From an uncultured Gemmatimonadales bacterium (GTDB taxonomy: Bacteria; Gemmatimonadota; Gemmatimonadetes; Gemmatimonadales; Gemmatimonadaceae), in NCBI GenBank assembly GCA_963793305.1, contig CAWBZV010000001.1, positions 1 to 18,487 of the forward strand: a stretch of DNA of 18,487 nt. The letters are read 5' to 3'. Below, piece by piece: positions 8,590-16,327 of the stretch. Numbering within the stretch: the first letter of the stretch is position 1; each line of letters starts with the position of its first letter. The notes below the pieces were generated by a model. The model was not told where the DNA came from, made no database searches, and saw nothing but the letters and a program-made list of their open reading frames with translations. A program made the translations under genes and the position numbers.

Positions 8590-8627
8590 GTCCTTGATAC
8601 GTTTGCCGGGCGAGAGCAGATACGTCT

Positions 8628-9512
8628 TCAGCGCACGACGTTGAGCGCGACGACCGGCGTCACGGTGCGAGTGATGTTGCGCCCGATCTCGATCGCGCGC
8701 GCGCCGACGATGATGCCGACGCCCGCGTTCCAGTTGTACTCGATCGCCGGCGTAAAGCCGACGGCGGCGCTGGATCCCGTATGCCTAACGCTGCCGCCGC
8801 CGACCACGCGCGTATCGCCGTTCCATCCGTAGTTCGCGTCGAGCGCCAGCACCCAGTTGCGCGTCAGGCTGTATTCGCCGGAGAGATCGATGAACGTGGA
8901 TGCGCCAGGAACGGCGTCCCCGCGGAATCCCGTACTCGTGCCGTACACGCTCGCGTCGGCGATCGGCACGCGAGTCGACCATACCGTCTGCTGGACGTCC
9001 ATCCGCGCGCGTACTATTCGGCCGTTCGGCATCCAGAAGTACGTTTGCGAGTAGAGCGCCAGCGTCGTCGTGTATGCGCCAGCGCCGAACCCGTCGCTCG
9101 TGCGGTCACCGAGCCGGTCGTATTTTCCGGTCGGAAACGTCTCCTGGATGAGAACCGACGTCGTCGGCACCCAGCTTCCGACGTGAAATTGCGTGAGCCG
9201 ATACTGGGCCTGTGCGGTGAGGTCCTCGAACCCGATGCTGGAGCTGTAGGCGACGATCGGAATCACGCCGACCGATACCCGGTCGATCAGACCGTAGATG
9301 AGATATGTGCGCGAGGTGAACGTCTGCGAGTGAGCGGCGATGACGTCGTAGACGTAGGGTTCGAACAGCATGTGCCCCGCCGGGAGCGTCGCCGCGCCGG
9401 CGGCTTGTACAGAACCTGTCCACCAGGCATCGCCGAGCGACTCCTGGCCGGCGCATGGCGACGCGGCCAGGACGCCAAGTGCGAGCGCGGATGCGCACAG
9501 GCGCCGCATCAC
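8628..9512 (-). CDS. Putative outer-membrane beta-barrel transporter (Phenol_MetA_deg-like)
   Basis: Signal peptide, then DAWWTG...ATLPAGHMLFEPYVYD, FPTGKYDRL, DGFGAG and alternating aromatic beta-strands. The start (GTG 9512 or ATG 9509) overlaps the upstream stop. Confidence 0.72.
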   Translation of the reverse strand: MMRRLCASALALGVLAASPCAGQESLGDAWWTGSVQAAGAATLPAGHMLFEPYVYDVIAAHSQTFTSRTYLIYGLIDRVSVGVIPIVAYSSSIGFEDLTAQAQYRLTQFHVGSWVPTTSVLIQETFPTGKYDRLGDRTSDGFGAGAYTTTLALYSQTYFWMPNGRIVRARMDVQQTVWSTRVPIADASVYGTSTGFRGDAVPGASTFIDLSGEYSLTRNWVLALDANYGWNGDTRVVGGGSVRHTGSSAAVGFTPAIEYNWNAGVGIIVGARAIEIGRNITRTVTPVVALNVVR

Positions 9513-10225
9513 GCCGTCGCGGCGCGCGCCGCGGCTTGCAGCGCCTGGATCGCGAGTATGTACGGTCGCGGCCCGTGGCTCACCCGGGCGACACCGATGG
9601 CGGCGAGCTCACGCAGGGTCGGAGTCCGATCGCCGACCATGATGTTGACGGGTAGCGGGGAAGCCTCCACGAGCTGGCGGATGCGCGCTTTGTCCTCGAG
9701 CCCGGGCACGAAGATGCCATCCGCGCCCGCGGCCGCGTATGCGCGCGCACGCGCGATCGCGGCCCCAATCTGGTCCTCGCCCGGCTGCAGGAATACGTCG
9801 GTACGCGCGTTGATGAAAAACGCAGCATCGGCAGACTCTCGTGCCTCGCCGATGCGCGCACATTGCTCCGCGATCTCCCGGAGGCTTCCGTCCGCGGGGC
9901 GGCTGTCCTCCAGATTGCACCCGACCGCTCCCGCCTGGATCGCCAGCGCGATCGTCTCGCCAACGTCCGCGTATCCGCTCTCGAGGTCGACGGTGACCGG
10001 CAGCTCAGTCGCGCAGACGATCCGGCGCAGATTGTCGACCGCCAACTCCACCGGAATGCGCTCGCCATCCACGAACCCGTGGGCGGCGGCGACCGACCAA
10101 CTACTCGTGGCGATCGCTTTCGCGCCACTCATGGCCACGGCTTTGGCGCTGCCGGCGTCCCAGACATTGAACAGCACGAGCGGTGCGCCGCTCGTGTGCA
10201 GCGCGCGGAACGCTTCCGCCGTCAT
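9509..10225 (-). CDS. Isocitrate lyase/PEP mutase superfamily protein (238 aa)
   Basis: NVWDAGSA, ATSS, TVDLESGY, GCNLED, FINARTD and GADGIFVPG motifs. The start at 10225 (MTAEAFRALH) is supported by an ATGA overlap with the upstream small ORF. Confidence 0.9.
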   Translation of the reverse strand: MTAEAFRALHTSGAPLVLFNVWDAGSAKAVAMSGAKAIATSSWSVAAAHGFVDGERIPVELAVDNLRRIVCATELPVTVDLESGYADVGETIALAIQAGAVGCNLEDSRPADGSLREIAEQCARIGEARESADAAFFINARTDVFLQPGEDQIGAAIARARAYAAAGADGIFVPGLEDKARIRQLVEASPLPVNIMVGDRTPTLRELAAIGVARVSHGPRPYILAIQALQAAARAATA

Positions 10226-10365
10226 CGCTTCGCCGACCGGTGTGCTTCCTTCAACTTCACGGCGCACGCGTCGCAGCAGACCTCGACGGACTGACCGCCG
10301 ATGGTGACCTGGACCGTGCGCGCATCGAGCGTGCAATCGCACGCGGCACATGTTCTCTCTGGCAT
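10222..10365 (-). CDS. 47-aa cysteine-rich TRASH/YHS-like putative metal-binding protein (not in ORF track)
   Basis: Manual translation: MPERTCAACDCTLDARTVQVTIGGQSVEVCCDACAVKLKEAHRSAKR*. CxxC...CCxxC spacing; CATACT lies 6 nt upstream; the stop overlaps the next ATG. Confidence 0.85.
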   Translation of the reverse strand: MPERTCAACDCTLDARTVQVTIGGQSVEVCCDACAVKLKEAHRSAKR

Positions 10366-10377
10366 GGCCAGAGTATG
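10366..10377 (-). promoter_or_regulatory. Putative -10 of a leaderless promoter, possibly AraC-activated
   Basis: CATACT-ctggcc-ATG, with no recognisable -35 at 17 bp. Confidence 0.55.
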
Positions 10378-10410
10378 CCGCGCCGGAGAAGTCAGCGGCT
10401 ATCGAATTAT

Positions 10411-11244
10411 TTAGCGATCGAGCGCCGTGCGCCGAAACCGTGCCGGCGATCTCCCATACATCTCGCGGAACGCCGCGGAGAAATGACTGTGGCTCGAGAA
10501 GCCGAGCTCGAGGCCGAGCGCGGTGAGGTCATCGTACCGCTCGATGAGATCGAGCGCCCTGGCGAGTCGGAGCCGCAACTGGTAGCGGTAGAGTGGCACC
10601 CCTTCCACTTGCTGGAACACCTGGGTCAGATAGACGGGTGACCCTCCACCGACCTCCGACGCAATCTCAGCCAACGTCCACCGCCGCCCCGGCTCACTGG
10701 CCAGCACGAGCTTCGCCCGGTCCACGAGTCGCTGGCGATGGACGCTGGACCCCGGCGCGCGGGTCGTCCGCGGGCCAACGGCTCGCCGCATGAGCGTGAG
10801 CGCGAGACTCTCGGCCTCCAACGGCTCCGCAACGCCCTGCCGAAGGCTGTGCCGCAGCAACATGATCAACGCCTGTGCCCGCGGATCGATCCGCAACCGG
10901 TGTGGCCGGAACGCAAGCGCAGCGCCGCCGGCCAGAAAGCCGCGCGGAACCAGCTCGCGCAGCGTGGGCTCATCGATGATCAGCGTCAGGCTCGCATCGC
11001 CGCCCTGCACCGGGTGGCTGACGCGATATCCCTCGCCGGCATTGAAAAACAACACCTGATTGGCGTCGGCCACCGCCTGATCACCACCGAGGTGGCGGAC
11101 GTACACGCCCCGATACGGGAACACCAACTGCGTCGCCGTCGCACACTCTTCCGGCGACACATCCCGGTGACTCCCGCGGCAGTACACATCGCGGATCGTC
11201 ACCGTGGGCGTGGCCAGCAGGGTTTGGACGGCGAACTCCGACAT
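10411..11244 (-). CDS. AraC/XylS family transcriptional regulator (277 aa)
   Basis: C-terminal double HTH (WTLAEIASEV...YLTQVFQQVEG...LRLARALDL...GFSSHSHFSAAFREMYGRSP) and a cupin-like N-terminus. Start MSEFAV at 11244 is preceded by CATATT plus 6 nt. Confidence 0.93.
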   Translation of the reverse strand: MSEFAVQTLLATPTVTIRDVYCRGSHRDVSPEECATATQLVFPYRGVYVRHLGGDQAVADANQVLFFNAGEGYRVSHPVQGGDASLTLIIDEPTLRELVPRGFLAGGAALAFRPHRLRIDPRAQALIMLLRHSLRQGVAEPLEAESLALTLMRRAVGPRTTRAPGSSVHRQRLVDRAKLVLASEPGRRWTLAEIASEVGGGSPVYLTQVFQQVEGVPLYRYQLRLRLARALDLIERYDDLTALGLELGFSSHSHFSAAFREMYGRSPARFRRTALDR

Positions 11245-11339
11245 GCCTGAAATATGGCGGACAGACGGCCAGGAGACACCGGCGAGACGCCGGGCACTTA
11301 GGAATGAGCCTGCCGATAACCCCCGACCGAGGTGTCCCA

Positions 11340-11873
11340 GTGCTCGATCGATACGTTGCCGCATTTGTTGCGTTGGCGCTTGCCCCACTCGCCGTTCGCG
11401 CGCAGAAGGATGTCGCGTCGTGCAAACCGTTGCTCGATGCGGCGGCGAAGCAAGCCAGTACGCCGTTTCACGGCTATATCACGACCTCGGCCGTCGCGCC
11501 GGGCGCCAAGCCCAGGCAAGACGAGATGATCTCAGTCGGTGGCCAGCACTATTTCCAGTACAAAGGCCAGTGGATGCGAAGCAAGCTCGATGCAACTGCT
11601 CTGGCGAAACAGGGCGAGGAGAACATGCGCACGGCGACCGTGGTCTCATGCCGCCGCGTCCGCGATGAGTCGGTTGGAGGCGTCAGCGCGGTCGTGTATA
11701 GCACGCACATGGTGAACGAAGGCATCACGTCGGACGGAATGACGTGGATCGCGCAAGGCACCGGGCTCACGCTTCGTAGCGAATCGGACATAGACACCGG
11801 CGACGGAGAGAAGAATCACATCGCCTCGCGCTACGAGTACACGAATGTCCACGCGCCCGCGGTCGCGGAGTAG
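11340..11873 (+). CDS. Secreted hypothetical protein, possibly LolA/LppX-like fold (177 aa)
   Basis: SD GAGGTG (11329-11334) lies 5 nt before GTG 11340. Signal peptide ends in VRA-Q. Beta-rich body with the DESVGGVSAVVY...WIAQGTGL pattern seen in LolA-like proteins; two Cys. Confidence 0.7.
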   Translation: MLDRYVAAFVALALAPLAVRAQKDVASCKPLLDAAAKQASTPFHGYITTSAVAPGAKPRQDEMISVGGQHYFQYKGQWMRSKLDATALAKQGEENMRTATVVSCRRVRDESVGGVSAVVYSTHMVNEGITSDGMTWIAQGTGLTLRSESDIDTGDGEKNHIASRYEYTNVHAPAVAE

Positions 11874-11882
11874 TAGGGCGGC

Positions 11883-13913
11883 CTACCGTGGTATCACCGG
11901 AAGCACCACGTGCGACGGATGCGCCGCGTCGTGCACCAGCTGCTGGTGCGCCACCACGAACGTGCTGTCACGCTCGTTGTTCCCACCGGTCCCCAAGTTG
12001 CGATCGTACTTCGGGAACAGCGCCGACGAGACGCTGACCCTGAGCCTGTGGCCAGGCTCGAAGACGCGCGAGGTGAACCACAGATCGATATCATACCGCT
12101 CGACGCTCCCCGGGGTGACCAGCACTTCCTTGTCGTACCCCCTTCGGAATCGTGCGCGGACCAGGCCGTCCTGCACTCGCTCGGCGTGTCCATCGGGAAA
12201 CACGTCGAGGAGCATCACGTTCCAGTCGGCATCCTTGGCGTCGGTCGCCGCCCAGATCGTCGCCGACATCGGGCCCGTCACCTCGATGGGCTTCGTGACA
12301 GGCTGTGACGTGAAGACCAGCTCGTCGTGCCGCGAGGCGTTGAGCGCCGCGTAATCCTCGTTGAGCGATGTCTCCAGCTCTCGCGAGTCGATGAGAAAGG
12401 GCGTTGGATTCGCGGGGTCGTAGGTGAACGTATCGACCGCGATCCCGCTCGGCGGCAGGGTATCGAGGACGCCGCCGGACGCCATGTACCACTTGGTTGG
12501 CACCGCGCGGGCGAGCGGCCACGCGGTTTCCTTTCGCCACGTGTTGTCACCGAACACGAACACGTCCACCGGTGGCTCCCGATCGACACCGTTGTCCTTC
12601 CCGAGGAGATAGTGATCGAACCAGCGGAGCTGCAGGCGCCGCGCGTCGACCCGTGACTGTGGCCCGAAATCGCCGGCCACATAGTCGACGCCTTTGTGTG
12701 CTCCCGGGCCCATGACCAGCCGAATGAACGGATGCCTCGGCACCTTGTCGAGCGCGTCCGTGTAGTCAACCGGCCCGCGGGAGTCATCGTACCACCCGGA
12801 GATCTGGAGCACCGGTGCGCGCACGCGCGCGATGTTCGTCGTCACGGCATGCTCGATCCAGTACGCGTCGAGCGTCGGGTGCGCGAGCCATCGGTCCCAG
12901 ATCGCCACGTCGCCGCAGCCGAGCTGCTGCGGCAAGTCGCTGAGCGGGAGGTGCATGAGCGCCGGGCCGATGTCCAGGTCGTTGATATCCTGCAACGTGC
13001 GCGCGCGCATGAGGCACACCCATGCCACGTTGATCGGCGAGAACACCATGTCCTCGTACGGCACGATCCGCCAGGGGTCACCGGTGGCCGCCGATGGCGC
13101 GATCGCCGCCAGATGCGGCGGGGCGCTGACCGCGGCGTACCACGCGAGCCGGCCTTCGTCCGAGTGCCCGATCAGTCCGACTCGTCCGTTGGCGCCCGGC
13201 AGCTTCGCGGCCCATTCGACGGCGTCATACCCGTCGCGCACGTCCGTGTCGTAGTCGCCAAAGTTGGTTCCGTCCGAGACATCCCGGCCGCGTACGTGCT
13301 GCGCGACGAAGATGTATCCGCGCGACGCCCAGTAGCGGCCGGCGCGGTGGAGAATGCGGGTGTACGGCGTACGCTGCAGCACGACGCCGAACGGCCCCGA
13401 GCCCACGGGACGCGCGATGTAGTTGGCGAGCCGCGCGCCATCCCGGGTCTTCATGAACACCAAGGTGTCTTCGCTGACGGCGTACTGGGAATCGGAGACA
13501 GCGCCGGGCCACAGTGCGTAGAATTGCTCCACGACGAACGGTGTGGTCCGCCGCACGAGACGAATCCGCCGGCCAACCGGTTTGCCGCCAGTCAGCATCA
13601 CGCCGGTCAGCGTGTCGCCGTGCCAGGCAGCGTCGATCGATTGATCGCCGCCGCTCAAGACGATCGAGTCGGCTCGTGTGGCGACCCGAGTGACCGCGAC
13701 GATCGTGTCACCGGTGCGACGGCGGATCGATCCCGAATCGCTCGTATCGAAGTGGGCGAACCCCATCCGTCGCCACCCCTCGAAGCCCGGGTGCGCGGTC
13801 GAGCCGTCCGCCAGGTACGCGTCCCAGTCGCCCGCGAGACTCGGGTTCCCGACACGCGGCGCGCAGGCCGCGGCGAGAGTGCCGAGGACGAGGATAGAGT
13901 ATTTTGGTGCCAT
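11883..13913 (-). CDS. CocE/NonD family (peptidase S15-like) hydrolase, lipoprotein
   Basis: Lipobox LAAAC; MKTRDGARL, RTPY, DGYDAVEWAA, GHSDEG (nucleophile Ser), GWYD, GPGAH, and a C-terminal PepX-like domain (FTYDP, GHRLRVSVSS...FPKYDRN). Confidence 0.9.
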   Translation of the reverse strand: MAPKYSILVLGTLAAACAPRVGNPSLAGDWDAYLADGSTAHPGFEGWRRMGFAHFDTSDSGSIRRRTGDTIVAVTRVATRADSIVLSGGDQSIDAAWHGDTLTGVMLTGGKPVGRRIRLVRRTTPFVVEQFYALWPGAVSDSQYAVSEDTLVFMKTRDGARLANYIARPVGSGPFGVVLQRTPYTRILHRAGRYWASRGYIFVAQHVRGRDVSDGTNFGDYDTDVRDGYDAVEWAAKLPGANGRVGLIGHSDEGRLAWYAAVSAPPHLAAIAPSAATGDPWRIVPYEDMVFSPINVAWVCLMRARTLQDINDLDIGPALMHLPLSDLPQQLGCGDVAIWDRWLAHPTLDAYWIEHAVTTNIARVRAPVLQISGWYDDSRGPVDYTDALDKVPRHPFIRLVMGPGAHKGVDYVAGDFGPQSRVDARRLQLRWFDHYLLGKDNGVDREPPVDVFVFGDNTWRKETAWPLARAVPTKWYMASGGVLDTLPPSGIAVDTFTYDPANPTPFLIDSRELETSLNEDYAALNASRHDELVFTSQPVTKPIEVTGPMSATIWAATDAKDADWNVMLLDVFPDGHAERVQDGLVRARFRRGYDKEVLVTPGSVERYDIDLWFTSRVFEPGHRLRVSVSSALFPKYDRNLGTGGNNERDSTFVVAHQQLVHDAAHPSHVVLPVIPR

Positions 13914-14607
13914 GCGCATAGGCGACATGAATTGGATGCAGGTAGAAGAATACCTGCGACACGACGACCGCGCCGTGCTGCCGCTCGGAAGCACCGAGCA
14001 GCACAGCTATCTGCGGCTCACGGTCGATTGTCTCCTCCCCGAGCGCGTGGCCGTGGACGCCGCCGAGCCACTCGGGATCCCCGTGTTTCCCGTCGTGCCG
14101 TACGGCGTGACGCCCTACTTCCGCGAATTCCCGGGCACCATCTCGCTCCGCATCGAAACGCATCTGCGCGTCATCCGCGACATTCTCGATGGTCTGGCGC
14201 ACAGCGGCTTTCGCCGTATCCTCATCGTCAACGGTCACGGCGGGAACAGTGCCGCGCAACCGTTCGCGCAAGAATGGGCTGCCGATCACCCGCAGTGTCG
14301 GGTGGTCTTCCATAACTGGTGGAACGCGCCGCTCACCTGGGCCAAGGTACAGGCGATCGATCCGATCGCGTCACACGGGTCGTGGATGGAGAATTTTCCG
14401 TGGACGCGCCTTCCAGGGATCCAAATGCCCGCGACGCAGCGGCCGATGGTCGATCTCGCGCGAGTGCGTGTCCTCGACCCGAAAGCGTTGCGAGAGTATA
14501 TCGGTGACGGCAATTACGGTGGCCTGCATCAACGGTCGGACGACGACATGGCCGCGCTGTGGCGGGTCGCGGTGGAAGAAACACGCGCGCTGCTCGAAGG
14601 CCTGTAA
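13912..14607 (+). CDS. Creatininase / creatinine amidohydrolase family protein (231 aa)
   Basis: MRIGDMNW N-terminus; PLGSTEQH, D, NGHGGN and HGSWME metal-ligand motifs. TATTTT lies 6 nt upstream of the ATG. Confidence 0.92.
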   Translation: MRIGDMNWMQVEEYLRHDDRAVLPLGSTEQHSYLRLTVDCLLPERVAVDAAEPLGIPVFPVVPYGVTPYFREFPGTISLRIETHLRVIRDILDGLAHSGFRRILIVNGHGGNSAAQPFAQEWAADHPQCRVVFHNWWNAPLTWAKVQAIDPIASHGSWMENFPWTRLPGIQMPATQRPMVDLARVRVLDPKALREYIGDGNYGGLHQRSDDDMAALWRVAVEETRALLEGL

Positions 14608-15611
14608 TGACGCGATGTCTCGTCTGGGGCGCGGGCGCAATCGGTGGGACCGTGGGGGCGCACCTCGCGCGCGCCGGCCACGACGTGACGCTCGTGGACA
14701 CGGCGGACGAGCATGTGGCCGCGGTCAATCGCGTCGGACTTGCCATCGAAGGACCCATCGCCACGTTCACCGTGCGATTGCGGGCATTCACACCAGCCAC
14801 TGTGGCGGGCGAGTGGGATACGATCGTGCTCGCGACCAAGGCGCACCACACTGAGGCCGCCACGCAGGCGCTGCTTCCGCATTTGGCGCCTGGAGGCTGC
14901 GTCATCTCGGCTCAGAATGGGCTCAACGAGCTCGCGATCGCGAGTATCGTCGGCCCCGCACGAACAGTCGGAGCCTTCGTGAATTTCGGGGCGGACTACA
15001 TGCAGCCCGGGGTCATTCACTACGGCGGCCGTGGGGCCGTGGTCCTCGGCGAGATCGATGGCGCCATCACGCCGCGCGCCAACGCGATCCGTGATGCGTG
15101 GCTCGATTTCGACACCCAGGCGATCGTCTCGCGGAATATCTGGGGCTACTTATGGGGCAAGGAGGCGTACGGCGCCATGCTCTTCGCCACAGCACTCACC
15201 AACGAATCGATCGCCGATGCCCTGGCAATGCGGCAATATCGTGGGTTGTATGTCGCGCTCGCACGGGAGATTCTCGCGGTGGCCGACGCACGCGGCGTCA
15301 CGCCCGAAGCGTTCGATGGGTTCGACCCGGCTGCGTACGGACCGCGCGCCACAGGCGAGGCCGCGTCGCGTTCGCTCGACGCCCTCGTCGCGCACAACCG
15401 CCGCTCCGCCAAATCCCACAGCGGCATCTGGCGCGATCTCGCCGTGCGCAAACGGCGCACGGAAGTGGACGCGCAACTCGGTATCGTCGTGTCACTCGGC
15501 CGCGAGGCAGGCGTCGCGACGCCGCTCACCGCCCGCCTCGTCGAGCTGATTCACGACATCGAGAACGGCGTCCGCCCTATGTCGCTCGAAACATTGGATG
15601 CGCTCACATGA
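14607..15611 (+). CDS. Ketopantoate reductase (ApbA/PanE) family oxidoreductase (334 aa)
   Basis: GAGAIGG Rossmann motif, ATKA, QNG, WGK, and SGIWRDL...RRTEVD. TAATG overlap with the creatininase stop. Confidence 0.9.
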   Translation: MTRCLVWGAGAIGGTVGAHLARAGHDVTLVDTADEHVAAVNRVGLAIEGPIATFTVRLRAFTPATVAGEWDTIVLATKAHHTEAATQALLPHLAPGGCVISAQNGLNELAIASIVGPARTVGAFVNFGADYMQPGVIHYGGRGAVVLGEIDGAITPRANAIRDAWLDFDTQAIVSRNIWGYLWGKEAYGAMLFATALTNESIADALAMRQYRGLYVALAREILAVADARGVTPEAFDGFDPAAYGPRATGEAASRSLDALVAHNRRSAKSHSGIWRDLAVRKRRTEVDAQLGIVVSLGREAGVATPLTARLVELIHDIENGVRPMSLETLDALT

Positions 15612-16327
15612 TGAAGACCGTCGTCGTCACCGGAGCCGCCCACGGCTTCGGCCGTGCCATCAGCCTGGCGTTCGCCGAGCGCGGCGCGAGCGTGTGGGCG
15701 TGTGACGTGATCGAGGACGAGTTGCGCGAAACTGGCAAGGTATACACCACGCGCGTCGTGGACGTGCGCGACCGTCGAGCTGTCGACGCGTTCGTGGCGG
15801 AGGCCGGTCACGTCGACGTTCTGGTCAACAACGCCGGCGGCGTCTTGAACCAGGTCGGCCGTCCGCTCGAAGAAGTGACGCCGGAGCAGTGGCAGAGCAT
15901 CTTCGACGTCAACGTGACCGGCGCGTTCTATTGCGCGCAGGCCGTTGCTCCGGGCATGAAGGCCGCACGCGGCGGGCGTATCATCAATATTTCAAGCGGC
16001 GCCGGCCTAGGCATAAGCCTCACCGGCATCCAGGCGTACGCCTCCGCGAAGGCGGCGCAGATTGGCCTGACACGACAACTCGCGCACGAGCTGGGCCCGT
16101 GGGGCATCACGGTGAATTGCATCGCGCCGGGATTCGTGCGCTCGAACGCCGCCACCGAGCGCCAGTGGGAATCGTATGGCGCAGCGGGGCAGCGCGCACT
16201 CATCGACGGCATCGCGCTCAAGCGCCTGGGTATGAGCGAGGACATTGCAAACGGCGTTCTGTTCTTCGCGTCCGAGCAGGCCAACTGGATCACCGGCCAG
16301 GTGCTCTCCATCGACGGCGGAAAGTGA
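15608..16327 (+). CDS. Classical short-chain dehydrogenase/reductase (~239 aa)
   Basis: TGAAHGFG, NNAGG, S...YASAK, NCIAPG and ITGQVLSIDGG motifs. The start overlaps the upstream stop. Confidence 0.93.
   Translation: MMKTVVVTGAAHGFGRAISLAFAERGASVWACDVIEDELRETGKVYTTRVVDVRDRRAVDAFVAEAGHVDVLVNNAGGVLNQVGRPLEEVTPEQWQSIFDVNVTGAFYCAQAVAPGMKAARGGRIINISSGAGLGISLTGIQAYASAKAAQIGLTRQLAHELGPWGITVNCIAPGFVRSNAATERQWESYGAAGQRALIDGIALKRLGMSEDIANGVLFFASEQANWITGQVLSIDGGK

Noticed and set aside
8781..10307. 508-aa plus-strand ORF
   Set aside because: Antisense shadow of the barrel and PEP-mutase genes; Arg/Ala-rich with no motifs, as expected in high-GC DNA.
12696..14315. 539-aa plus-strand ORF
   Set aside because: Antisense to the well-supported CocE gene and out of frame with the creatininase; no recognisable motifs.
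14607..15611. Assigning gene symbols such as panE, icl/prpB, blaR1 or cocE
   Set aside because: Family membership is clear, but context or missing motifs argue against orthology with the characterised genes.
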